Shown here one piece after another: positions 34,126 through 42,903 of a stretch of DNA of 64,000 nucleotides (the first letter of the stretch is position 1; each line of letters starts with the position of its first letter). The DNA is from an uncultured SAR86 cluster bacterium (lineage in GTDB: Bacteria; Pseudomonadota; Gammaproteobacteria; Magnimaribacterales; D2472). The position numbers and the translations under genes are program-made. The notes under the pieces were generated by a model. It saw only the letters and a program-made list of their open reading frames with translations, did no database searches and had not been told where the DNA came from. The stretch covers positions 66,484 to 130,483 of the forward strand of contig CACLMT010000001.1 in NCBI GenBank assembly GCA_902608115.1. Reading direction: 5' to 3'.

Positions 34126-34704
34126 TTATTTTATCGATATTAGCTTTTTACGCAGGGCTTCAAAACCCATATCCTTAAGAGCAGAAGTGGCAAAAATATT
34201 TTCATTTTTTGTTTTAAGAGCCACATCTTTAATTGTTTTCATACAGACATTCCTAGAAACTTTATCTAATTTTGTTAAAACCAAAATAAAAGGAACAGTA
34301 TAATTTTCACATAAGGCAATCATTTCCATATCTAACTTTTTTAATGGATGCCTTATATCCATAAATATTAATACTGATTTCAATGATTCTCTATTACTAA
34401 AATATTTTTCTAACAAGGGCCCCCAATTTTTTTTCTTTGAACGGTTAGATTGAGCAAATCCATAACCAGGAAGATCAAGTAATTTAAATTCTTGATTTAC
34501 TTGAAAAAAGTTGATTTCTGTTGTGCGACCTGGAGTTTTACTAATCCGTGCTAGTTTTTTATTTTCTGTAAGGCCATTTAAAGCGCTAGATTTTCCAGCA
34601 TTGGAGCGACCAGATAACAAAATTTCAATGCCATAGTCATCAGGAAGCTTGCTGAATTTAGTTACTCCAAATAAAAAAGTGGTATTTTTGAAAGGATTTT
34701 TCAT
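34126..34704 (-). CDS. engB: Ribosome biogenesis GTPase EngB/YihA
   Basis: G1 GRSNAGKSS, G3 DLPGYG, G4 TKLDK. Divergent from the cytochrome c4 gene, as in Pseudomonas. Confidence 0.92.
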   Translation of the reverse strand: MKNPFKNTTFLFGVTKFSKLPDDYGIEILLSGRSNAGKSSALNGLTENKKLARISKTPGRTTEINFFQVNQEFKLLDLPGYGFAQSNRSKKKNWGPLLEKYFSNRESLKSVLIFMDIRHPLKKLDMEMIALCENYTVPFILVLTKLDKVSRNVCMKTIKDVALKTKNENIFATSALKDMGFEALRKKLISIK

Positions 34705-34768
34705 TTGATCATTTATCTCGGGCCGCGCTAGACATATAATATGCTTTCTATACTATAACGCACAACCT

Positions 34769-35422
34769 ATGTTCAAAACTTATTTGATAATTGCCCTTAG
34801 TTTTATTTCTTTTGTTGTGGTGGCATCTGAAATTGAAATTCCTCATTTACTTCAAAGGGGTAACGCAGAAGCAGGTGCAGACTTGGTTGCGACTTGCGCA
34901 GCTTGTCATGGCGCTGCAGGCCAAAGCATAAATTCTGATTGGCCAAATTTAGCCGGGCAAAACCAGCGTTACCTAGTTGATCAGTTAAAGTATTATCAGC
35001 AAAGCCAAAGAGAAAGCCCTTTGATGGGAGCGGTTATTCCATATTTAAAAACTTTATCTGATAAGCAGCTTTTGGATATAGCTGCATTTTATAATTCTCA
35101 ACCTTTAATTATAGGCCGGGCAAAAAATAACCAAGAGCTTTTAGCGCTAGGTGAAAGCCTTTATAGAGCAGGAGATTTGAAAAGAGGCATTCCTGCATGC
35201 ACCGCCTGTCATTCTGTAAATGGAGCAGGAAATGATCAGGCTGGATTTCCTGGAGTCGCAGGCCAACAAAGGAATTATTTAATAACAACTCTTAAAGAAT
35301 ACAGGGACCTTCAGAGAGATGCGGGTGATTATGCATTAGTAATGCAAGCCGTATCTCAAAATTTAAAAGATAAAGATATAGAGGCTTTAGCCAACTATAT
35401 GCATGGGGTATATCAACAATGA
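34769..35422 (+). CDS. Diheme cytochrome c4
   Basis: Signal peptide and two heme c sites (CAACHG and CTACHS), each with a downstream Met-containing segment. Confidence 0.9.
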   Translation: MFKTYLIIALSFISFVVVASEIEIPHLLQRGNAEAGADLVATCAACHGAAGQSINSDWPNLAGQNQRYLVDQLKYYQQSQRESPLMGAVIPYLKTLSDKQLLDIAAFYNSQPLIIGRAKNNQELLALGESLYRAGDLKRGIPACTACHSVNGAGNDQAGFPGVAGQQRNYLITTLKEYRDLQRDAGDYALVMQAVSQNLKDKDIEALANYMHGVYQQ

Positions 35423-36042
35423 ATTTAAAAAAGTTTTTAATTTCTTTTTGTTTTATTTTTTTAACAACCTCTTCTATTGCTGAATATAAGTTTGGTAGAG
35501 ATTATGGAAGCCTGTCACGACCATTACCAATCAAGAAAGATGGAATTGTAGATGTGGTTGAGGTTTTTTGGTACGGGTGTGGAAGTTGTTACAACTTTGA
35601 GCCGGCGGTAGAGAATTGGGCCAAAAAACAAAATAGAGGAGTTAATTTTAAAAAAATGCCAGTAACATGGGGTCCTACACATAAGCTTCACGCAAAACTT
35701 TTTTATACCATTGAGGCTTTAGGGATGGGTGATAAAGCACACACAGCAGTCTTTACTGCAATCCACAGGAAATCCAAACCAAATTATCTTGGTGATGAAG
35801 ACGCAATTCTTTCTTTTTTAGAAAAGCTGGGTGTTGAAAGAAGCAAAGCTATAAAATACATGAATTCATTTTCTGTAAAACAAAAAGTAAAAAGGGCAGT
35901 AGAGCTTTCGCGTCAATTTAAAGTTACCGCAGTACCAATGATTTTTGTTGATGGTCAATATAGAATAGAGGCCAAGAGATCACATTCTGAAATGCTTAAA
36001 GTAGTTGATCATGTAATTGATTTACAGAGACCAGTTTCTTAG
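35419..36042 (+). CDS. dsbA: Thiol:disulfide oxidoreductase DsbA with a variant CGSC active site
   Basis: Signal peptide. VEVFWYGCGSCYNFEP aligns with FWYGCPHCYAFEP of canonical DsbA, and the cis-Pro loop VTAVPM is present. Confidence 0.88.
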   Translation: MNLKKFLISFCFIFLTTSSIAEYKFGRDYGSLSRPLPIKKDGIVDVVEVFWYGCGSCYNFEPAVENWAKKQNRGVNFKKMPVTWGPTHKLHAKLFYTIEALGMGDKAHTAVFTAIHRKSKPNYLGDEDAILSFLEKLGVERSKAIKYMNSFSVKQKVKRAVELSRQFKVTAVPMIFVDGQYRIEAKRSHSEMLKVVDHVIDLQRPVS

Positions 36043-36056
36043 CAAGGCGATTAAAT

Positions 36057-36473
36057 ATGAAAAAAATTACATCATTAATTATCATCGCTCTCTCATTGGC
36101 GATATTTTTTAATGGAAAAAAATATGACGAACTTGTTATATCAAGACTTGATATGTCTGTTGCTGTTTGTTTGGAAGGTCAGGATTGTGGAAAAGCAACC
36201 CCAATAATGGCTGTTGTTGCAAATGATAACGTCGTTAGATCTGCAGACATAATTTATTCAAGCGGTTGTGCTGCTTGCCATGATGCCGGAGTTGCTGGGG
36301 CCCCAATGACCGGCAATAAGAGTCAATGGAAATCTCGCCAAGCAAAGGGCTATGAAACATTGGTTAATAGTGTTTGGAATGGTATGAACGGAATGCCCGC
36401 CAAGGGTTTGTGCATAGACTGTACAAAAGAAGAAATTGAAATAGCTGTTCAATATATGCTTGATGTTATTTAG
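36057..36473 (+). CDS. Membrane-anchored monoheme cytochrome c5
   Basis: N-terminal anchor, CAACHD heme site, GMPAKGLCIDCTKEE (Met ligand plus the c5-type Cys pair). Confidence 0.85.
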   Translation: MKKITSLIIIALSLAIFFNGKKYDELVISRLDMSVAVCLEGQDCGKATPIMAVVANDNVVRSADIIYSSGCAACHDAGVAGAPMTGNKSQWKSRQAKGYETLVNSVWNGMNGMPAKGLCIDCTKEEIEIAVQYMLDVI

Positions 36474-36522
36474 CGCCAGACTTATTTAGTAATTTTTTTA
36501 TTTTTACCAAATCCAAACATCT

Positions 36523-36888
36523 TTATGAATTTAAGCTTATTGGCTCACCATATTCATTGCTTTCTTTTGAGCCTTCTGATGCCCACCAAATAACCACAGG
36601 AATGATTCCAATAATTGTTAAGCACCAAAGATATCTCCAACCACTTTTATTTGTATCATGCATTCTTCTCGCTGATACAGCTAGTAGTGGAACAACAAGA
36701 ATTAAAGAAACAATACTGCTAAAGATAGCTCCTAGTTCTGGCCCCGAAGTTACTGTAAATACAATTTGAGCAAACCATTGAATAAGAAGGCAGAATAAAT
36801 AAAACCACCAAAATTCACCTCTTGAGGCTCTTCCCTCAAAGGTTGCATATTCCCCCATACACTTTGCAATTGATTCTTGAAAACCCAT
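36523..36888 (-). CDS. DUF805 family inner membrane protein
   Basis: GRASRGEFWWFYLF and RRMHDTNKSGW blocks typical of DUF805 (YhaH/YhaI-like). 121 aa. Confidence 0.8.
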   Translation of the reverse strand: MGFQESIAKCMGEYATFEGRASRGEFWWFYLFCLLIQWFAQIVFTVTSGPELGAIFSSIVSLILVVPLLAVSARRMHDTNKSGWRYLWCLTIIGIIPVVIWWASEGSKESNEYGEPISLNS

Positions 36889-36960
36889 AATTCCCTCTAA
36901 ATATTTATTAAATTTATTATATAGTAATGCTTTTATGTGTAATTTATAAACATATTTTTA

Positions 36961-37698
36961 TTAATCGTAATTAGATGATAGAAGATTTATAAATTCGGAC
37001 CATTGATTAAATTCTATTGGAGGATTTTTATCTAGTTCCCATGGGTTGTTTTTAAAATTAAACCATATGGTATTTATGCCCAAATCTCTTGCTCCCCGTA
37101 TGTCATTAATAGGGTGATCGCCAACATGTAGGGTATTTTGAAAAGCTATTCCTGAAATTTCTTTTGCCATTTCAAAATGAGTTGGGTTGGGTTTATTGCT
37201 CTTGGCATCCATTGAAGAAATAGAGAAATTAAAAAAATGACCCAAGCCAAGTAGATTTACATCTGCGTTACCATTAGTTAATACACCAAGCATGTAATGT
37301 TTATTAAGTTCCTTTAGAGCTTTGGTTACACCACTAAAAAAAACAACCTTATGTCGTTCTTTTAAGAAATGGGCATAAGCTTCGTTAATAAAAGCTTTTT
37401 GAGCCGTTTTGTTATCAAAATAAGGATGAACATAATGCTCTACTATTTTCTTTCTTAGTTTTCCTAGATCATATTCTAAGCTTGAGTCTGTAGAGATTAA
37501 ATAATTTCGTATATTCATAAAATTATCTAAACTGCCCCAATCAATTTTTTCTCCTAAGGTGGTTTCAATCCATTTTCTTGAGTTTATTTCTGCAGGAAAT
37601 ATCACAGAGCGGATATCCCAAAAGGTATCATCTAAATCAAATGTAATAAGTTTAATTTTGGGCATTTTCTTTTGTTGCTCTTGGGTGAGATTTTTCAT
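36961..37698 (-). CDS. yigB: HAD-superfamily hydrolase, YigB-like
   Basis: Motif I ITFDLDDTFWD, motif III/IV VGDHPINDIRGARDLG. Last gene of the conserved dapF-yigA-xerC-yigB arrangement. The start could instead be M12 at 37665. Confidence 0.78.
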   Translation of the reverse strand: MKNLTQEQQKKMPKIKLITFDLDDTFWDIRSVIFPAEINSRKWIETTLGEKIDWGSLDNFMNIRNYLISTDSSLEYDLGKLRKKIVEHYVHPYFDNKTAQKAFINEAYAHFLKERHKVVFFSGVTKALKELNKHYMLGVLTNGNADVNLLGLGHFFNFSISSMDAKSNKPNPTHFEMAKEISGIAFQNTLHVGDHPINDIRGARDLGINTIWFNFKNNPWELDKNPPIEFNQWSEFINLLSSNYD

Positions 37699-38566
37699 AT
37701 ACCTTTATAAGGTGTTGATAATCAAGACGAGTATAGATTTGTGTTGTAGATAAAGAGCTGTGCCCCAAAAGCTCTTGAATGCTTCTAAGGTCTCCACTCG
37801 ATTCAAGTAGATGGGTTGCAAAGCTATGCCTAAGCATATGAGGATTTATTGGTGGAAGACCCTGTATAAGTGCTAATTTTTTTATTCTTTCTTGAATGCT
37901 TCTTGATGAAATTCGCCCGCCTCTAAGATTTACAAAAAGTGATTCATCCTTTGTATGTAATTTATTCCTTTCTAAAAGCCACCTAGCAATAGCTGCCTTA
38001 GCAAACCTTCCAACGGGGACAAGCCTTGTTTTTGAGCCCTTTCCTAAAACCCTAAGGAAATCTTTATTTTCTTCAAAATCATTAGTATTAGAGCTAACAA
38101 CCTCGGATACTCGAAGTCCGCTTGAATAAATAAGCTCAACTATAGCTATATCTCTAATTTCTTGAGTATTTTTTGGTTTAAAACTTAATAGTTGTTCAAC
38201 ATCTTCTGGAGATAAAACATTAGGCAGATAATTCGGGGCTTTTGGAGAAGCAATTAACTCAAAGGGAGAATTATCAATAAGCCCATTCTTTTTTACATAA
38301 GAAAAAAAACCTTTTGCAGATGAAATATGTCTTTGGATGCTTCTTGGGCTTACGTTTTTTTGAAAGAGATCAGCTATCCAACTAGAGCAAATATCTTCAG
38401 TTATGAATTGAAAATTTGTAATGCCGGTCGATTGAAGAAAATTGGAAAATTTTAATAAATCTCTTTCATAGGATTTAGTAGTGTTGTTACTTAAACCCCT
38501 AATATTTTTTATGTAATCTATGTAATCTGTAATTATTGGGAATAAGAAAAAACTTTTTTTATTCAT
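37652..38566 (-). CDS. xerC: Site-specific tyrosine recombinase XerC
   Basis: Catalytic blocks GLRVSE, HMLRHSFATHLL and LGHSSLSTTQIYT. Context between DUF484 and the HAD hydrolase. Confidence 0.9.
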   Translation of the reverse strand: MNKKSFFLFPIITDYIDYIKNIRGLSNNTTKSYERDLLKFSNFLQSTGITNFQFITEDICSSWIADLFQKNVSPRSIQRHISSAKGFFSYVKKNGLIDNSPFELIASPKAPNYLPNVLSPEDVEQLLSFKPKNTQEIRDIAIVELIYSSGLRVSEVVSSNTNDFEENKDFLRVLGKGSKTRLVPVGRFAKAAIARWLLERNKLHTKDESLFVNLRGGRISSRSIQERIKKLALIQGLPPINPHMLRHSFATHLLESSGDLRSIQELLGHSSLSTTQIYTRLDYQHLIKVYEKSHPRATKENAQN

Positions 38567-39192
38567 GCATTTTTTGATCCAAGGACTGCCCCTATTATAT
38601 CTCTGATATATTCAATAAATGTTGTATCACCATCTCCAAGATATTTGGCTTGATCAAGAGACCCAATTTTTAGTAAACCAAAACCATTCTTTAGTTTAAG
38701 CACACTAATTACTCCAGATTTGATCTTCTCGTCCTGAAAAAAAGAAATCATTTTTTCTTTTGAGAAAGGACCCATATGAATAATGTCTTTATTCATCTCA
38801 AGACCAGTTTCATTTTCAAGATTTTTCAGATCTTTATCTTTCATAATTTCAAAGCAACATGCATCAACTTTAAAATGTTGAATAAAGAATGATTCAACTG
38901 TTTTTTTAACCTCATTAAAATCTTTAGATGAAATTAAGGAGAGGGTTAAATCTTTTGATTTAAAGAATAACTCTTCATTATCTTTCCCAGTTGAAAGAAA
39001 GTTTGTTAGCGTTTCTATTAATCGTGATTGCTCATTTCTAAGTTTTCTTACTTGCATTTCTAGCAATGAGGATGTTCCTTCTGAAGCATGTTTAAAGCTT
39101 AGCTCGCTAACCAAAGATTCCCTTGATATAAAAAAATCTGTATTTTCTAAAAGGAAAAGTTCAACCGCTTTAGAGTTTATTTTTTTTGCCAT
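38563..39192 (-). CDS. yigA: DUF484 family protein (YigA-like)
   Basis: 209 aa with an N-terminal coiled-coil-like region plus a GAF-like C-terminal region. Conserved slot between dapF and xerC. Confidence 0.7.
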   Translation of the reverse strand: MAKKINSKAVELFLLENTDFFISRESLVSELSFKHASEGTSSLLEMQVRKLRNEQSRLIETLTNFLSTGKDNEELFFKSKDLTLSLISSKDFNEVKKTVESFFIQHFKVDACCFEIMKDKDLKNLENETGLEMNKDIIHMGPFSKEKMISFFQDEKIKSGVISVLKLKNGFGLLKIGSLDQAKYLGDGDTTFIEYIRDIIGAVLGSKNA

Positions 39193-39968
39193 GTTCCCTC
39201 ACAAACAAATTCAGCCGGCCCAATCATCTCAAGTTTACCATTGATCTTTTTCAGGGTAATTTTTCCACCTTTAGATATAACTGCAATATTATTTTTCCTA
39301 TTTAAGGAAATGCTCGCAATGGCAGCAGAAGCAGAACCACATGAGAGCGTTTCGCCTGCTCCTGCTTCATTTGTTCTGATTAATATTGCCCCTCTTTCTC
39401 TCATAAATAAGGATATATTTGTATCTTTAAAAATTTTTCTGGCTCTTAAAATTTCGGAAAGAGCCGAAAGATCACAGGAATGAATTTTATGTCTTGAAGA
39501 TTCTATTAGGAGGTGACTATTTCCAGTATCAACAAAGTAGTATTTTTGAATACCTGTTTTTTTTAAGAACCTTTTTTCAATTTTTGGTACCTCAATGAAA
39601 CTTGGGAAATCAATGGTTGCTTTAACTTGTTTTGAGTTGGTGGGATCGATTTGAATGGTGCGAGACTTTGTGCCTAAAAGTATTGTTTTTTTGGGGAACA
39701 AATTTTCTTTCCATAGAAAAGCTCCAACTGATCTAACGCCGTTAAGGCACATAATTGCCTCAGAGCCATCAGTATTAAAAAATCTAATATAGAAATCATG
39801 AAAAGGTTTTTTTGGAGGGTTGATAGTGATGAGCTGATCAAAACCAATTCCTTTTTTTCTATCACCCATTTTGATAACCTTAGCCTTAGTTAGTTGTTGA
39901 GTGTGAGTTAAATTCTCTAAGAGAACAAAATCATTTCCATTACCATGCATTTTTCTAAACCTGATCAT
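39177..39968 (-). CDS. dapF: Diaminopimelate epimerase
   Basis: FRKMHGNGNDF, FNTDGSEAIMCLNGVRS and LSCGSASAA (both catalytic Cys blocks). 263 aa. Confidence 0.93.
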   Translation of the reverse strand: MIRFRKMHGNGNDFVLLENLTHTQQLTKAKVIKMGDRKKGIGFDQLITINPPKKPFHDFYIRFFNTDGSEAIMCLNGVRSVGAFLWKENLFPKKTILLGTKSRTIQIDPTNSKQVKATIDFPSFIEVPKIEKRFLKKTGIQKYYFVDTGNSHLLIESSRHKIHSCDLSALSEILRARKIFKDTNISLFMRERGAILIRTNEAGAGETLSCGSASAAIASISLNRKNNIAVISKGGKITLKKINGKLEMIGPAEFVCEGTWQKK

Positions 39969-40096
39969 CTTATAACCTCTAATAAATCATGATTTCTTTG
40001 ATATAAGGCGGGTTTAAGCAAATCGTTCATTGCCACACCAACAAGGCTCACCTCTTCAGCAAAGAGAATGTTATCTCTGTATTTAAAATAATCCAT
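39965..40096 (-). pseudogene. lysA: 43-codon ORF that looks like a remnant of diaminopimelate decarboxylase (lysA), with ATGA overlap onto dapF
   Basis: Hand translation: MDYFKYRDNILFAEEVSLVGVAMNDLLKPALYQRNHDLLEVIR. The first 22 aa match the LysA N-terminal pattern F-x-Y-x(3-4)-L-F-A-E-x-V-x-L-x(3)-A. The slot between the lptM-like gene and dapF is where lysA lies in Pseudomonas. Intact LysA is about 415 aa. Confidence 0.55.
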
Positions 40097-40099
40097 AAT

Positions 40100-40204
40100 T
40101 TATTGTGTAATATTGGGCAAGGAATTCGATGGAATGGGAGCCTTCATTCCACAGCTTATTAAGCAAATGGAAGAAATAATGATTATGAGCAGCCTGAACT
40201 TCAT
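40100..40204 (-). CDS. lptM: 34-aa lipoprotein, LptM/YifL/LppL-like. Not in the supplied ORF track
   Basis: Hand translation: MKFRLLIIIISSICLISCGMKAPIPSNSLPNITQ. Lipobox L-I-S-C followed by GMKAPI, compared with E. coli YifL ..LTGCGLKGPLY. Conserved position upstream of lysA/dapF. Confidence 0.6.
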   Translation of the reverse strand: MKFRLLIIIISSICLISCGMKAPIPSNSLPNITQ

Positions 40205-40245
40205 CGATCTATTATGAATAATTATAAGAAAAAAAACTAATTAGA

Positions 40246-41640
40246 TTAGTATTTATAATCTTTTTCTTTAAATGGCCCATTAACTGAAACATTTATATAG
40301 GAAGCTTGATCTTCTGTTAGTTTCGTAATAGTTCCGCCAAAACCCACCACCATTAACTCCGCAACCTCTTCATCTAATTTCTTTGGAAGAACCTTCACAC
40401 TTAGCATTTCTTTCTTTTTATCCTCATCATTTATGCTTGCAAAGCCTTGTTGGTATAAATATATTTGAGCAAGCACTTGATTTGAGAATGAACCGTCCAT
40501 AATCCTACTAGGGTGACCGGTAGCATTTCCAAGGTTTACCAACCTTCCCTCAGACAAAAGGATAATATAATCTTTGCTTTGTAAGTTTGGCTTACCATTT
40601 GGAGGAGTGTCTCTAAATATTCTATGAACTTGTGGTTTAATTTCTTCCCAGTACCATTTTTTTCTCATAAAAGTAGTATCAATTTCATTATCAAAATGAC
40701 CAATATTGCAAACAACACAAGTATTTTTTAATGATTTAAGCATTGCCTCATCACAAACATTTACATTACCCGTGGCCGTCACAACAAGATCAGTATCGCT
40801 TAAAACTTCCACATTTATATCTTTAACATTCCTTGTTACAACTCCATTTTTATATGAAGATACAACTTCAAAACCATCCATGCATGCTTGCATAGCACAA
40901 ATTGGGTCTGATTCTACTACCCTAACAATCATTCCTTCTTGAGCAAGGCTTAAAGAAGAGCCCTTTCCAACATCTCCATATCCAATAACAAGAGCTTTTT
41001 TTGATGACAAGAACATGTCTGTAGCTCTCTTAATGCCGTCATTTAAACTGTGTCTACATCCATATTTATTATCATTTTTTGATTTTGTAACTGAATCATT
41101 AACATTAATAGCTGGTACTTTTAACTTATTTGCTTCAAGCAGGGCTTTTAATCTGTGAACGCCAGTGGTGGTCTCTTCTGAAATGCCATGAATGTTTTCA
41201 AGCATTGTTTGATATTTCGAATGAACCATATCGGTAAGATCTCCGCCATCATCTAAAATCATATTTGCATCCCATGGTTCACCATCTTTTAAAATAGTTT
41301 GTTCAATACACCAATCAAACTCCTGATCTGTTTGGCCTTTCCAAGCAAAAACTGGAATATCAGCCGCCGCCATAGCTGCTGCTGCATGGTCTTGAGTAGA
41401 AAAAACATTACACCCAGACCAGCGTAACTCCGCTCCAAGCTCTTTGAGGGTTTCCATTAAAACTGCAGTTTGAATGGTCATATGGATGCATCCCATTATT
41501 CTAGCGCCTTTGAGGGGCTGCGCGTCTCTATATCTTTCTCTAAGCGCCATAAGAGCCGGCATTTCATTTTCAGCGAGGGAAATTTCCCTTCTTCCAAAAT
41601 CTGCTAGGCTTATGTCCGTAACTTTAAAGTCATTTTCCAT
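40246..41640 (-). CDS. ahcY: Adenosylhomocysteinase (S-adenosyl-L-homocysteine hydrolase)
   Basis: 464 aa. [26 protein letters not shown] site [10 protein letters not shown]-terminal YKY. Confidence 0.96.
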   Translation of the reverse strand: MENDFKVTDISLADFGRREISLAENEMPALMALRERYRDAQPLKGARIMGCIHMTIQTAVLMETLKELGAELRWSGCNVFSTQDHAAAAMAAADIPVFAWKGQTDQEFDWCIEQTILKDGEPWDANMILDDGGDLTDMVHSKYQTMLENIHGISEETTTGVHRLKALLEANKLKVPAINVNDSVTKSKNDNKYGCRHSLNDGIKRATDMFLSSKKALVIGYGDVGKGSSLSLAQEGMIVRVVESDPICAMQACMDGFEVVSSYKNGVVTRNVKDINVEVLSDTDLVVTATGNVNVCDEAMLKSLKNTCVVCNIGHFDNEIDTTFMRKKWYWEEIKPQVHRIFRDTPPNGKPNLQSKDYIILLSEGRLVNLGNATGHPSRIMDGSFSNQVLAQIYLYQQGFASINDEDKKKEMLSVKVLPKKLDEEVAELMVVGFGGTITKLTEDQASYINVSVNGPFKEKDYKY

Positions 41641-41679
41641 ATTTTTATTTCGTAACGATTTTGATGAGCATCATACATT

Positions 41680-41704
41680 AAAAAAGGGTTTCAAATGCAC
41701 CCCT
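41680..41704 (-). terminator. Weak intrinsic terminator or attenuator candidate between metK and ahcY
   Basis: Minus-strand RNA AGGGGU-GCAUUUGAA-ACCCUU followed by UUUUAA: a 6-bp stem (3 G-C pairs), 9-nt loop and U-tract, 20 nt after the metK stop. Confidence 0.35.
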
Positions 41705-41724
41705 AAGTATGAAATTCATAGATT

Positions 41725-42879
41725 TTATTGAGCAATATCTGATGCTTTGTCTGTTCTTTCCCATGATAAATCAATGTCTGTTCTCCCAAAGTGACCATAT
41801 GCAGCAGTTGGGAGATAGATTGGTTTTTTTAGATCAAGCATATTAATTATACTTTTTGGTCTAAGATCAAATTTTTCTTCAACTGTCTTTTGAATTAAAT
41901 CTTTTGAAATTTTCTCACTGTTAAAGGTATTAACATTGATCGAAGTTGGCTTAGCAATTCCAATAGCATATGAGACTTGAATTTCACAATAGTCAGCAAG
42001 CCCAGAAGCTACAATATTTTTTGCAACATATCTAGCTGCATAGGCCGCAGATCTATCTACTTTAGATGGATCTTTGCCTGAAAAGGCTCCTCCGCCATGC
42101 CTGGCCATTCCGCCATATGTATCTACAATTATTTTTCTACCAGTGAGCCCGCAGTCTCCAACCGGACCCCCAATAACGAATTTTCCAGTTGGGTTAATAT
42201 AAATATTTGTAGAATTTAGAATCCATTCATTTGGAATAATAGGCTTGATAATTTTTTCCATTACCTGTTCTTTTATTTCTTCCGGAGAAACACCTTCATC
42301 ATGTTGAGTAGAAAGAACAATTGCTGATAATCCTTTTATAGTTTTTCCATTATCCTCATATATCACGCTAACTTGGCTTTTTGCGTCGGGTCTTAGCCAA
42401 GCAATTTCTCCTGCCTTCATTAAATCAGCTTGTTTTTTTACTAATTTATGAGATAGGTCTATAGGAAGCGGCATCAGTGATTCAGTTTCTTTGCACGCAT
42501 AACCAAACATAATGCCCTGATCTCCAGCTCCCTGCTCTAGATCCTCACCCTCACCCTCATTAACTCCTTGAGCAATATCTGGAGATTGTTGGAAAACAAG
42601 ATTTGTAAATTCACAAGTATCTCCATTGAAGCCATAATCATCGGTGTCATATCCAATATTATTGATTGTTTGTCTTACAATGGGTTCTAGATCAGGGTTG
42701 CCGAGAGAGGTAATTTCACCAGCAATAAAAACCATATTATTTTTAATAATTGTTTCGCATGCAACTCTACTATCGGGGTCTTCAGCCAAATAGGCGTCGA
42801 GGATAGCATCAGAAATTTGATCACAAACTTTATCTGGGTGCCCAGCAGAAACGGATTCTGAAGTAAATATATAACCCAT
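41725..42879 (-). CDS. metK: S-adenosylmethionine synthase
   Basis: [40 protein letters not shown] motifs. 384 aa. Confidence 0.97.
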   Translation of the reverse strand: MGYIFTSESVSAGHPDKVCDQISDAILDAYLAEDPDSRVACETIIKNNMVFIAGEITSLGNPDLEPIVRQTINNIGYDTDDYGFNGDTCEFTNLVFQQSPDIAQGVNEGEGEDLEQGAGDQGIMFGYACKETESLMPLPIDLSHKLVKKQADLMKAGEIAWLRPDAKSQVSVIYEDNGKTIKGLSAIVLSTQHDEGVSPEEIKEQVMEKIIKPIIPNEWILNSTNIYINPTGKFVIGGPVGDCGLTGRKIIVDTYGGMARHGGGAFSGKDPSKVDRSAAYAARYVAKNIVASGLADYCEIQVSYAIGIAKPTSINVNTFNSEKISKDLIQKTVEEKFDLRPKSIINMLDLKKPIYLPTAAYGHFGRTDIDLSWERTDKASDIAQ

Positions 42880-42903
42880 AATTTTCTCCTTAATTAAATT
42901 TAT

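Noticed and set aside
37652-38566. Tyrosine recombinase as a marker of an integrated mobile element or prophage.
   Set aside because: It sits in the universally conserved dapF-yigA-xerC-yigB operon and has XerC-type catalytic blocks. No phage, transposase or att-like repeats flank it.
41641-41724. SAH riboswitch upstream of ahcY, as found in beta- and gammaproteobacteria.
   Set aside because: The 84-nt spacer is AT-rich. It lacks the GC-rich conserved strands (AGGCUC..., ...AACGGCGCUC) I associate with the SAH element. Only a weak hairpin plus U-tract is present, and that is reported separately as a terminator candidate.
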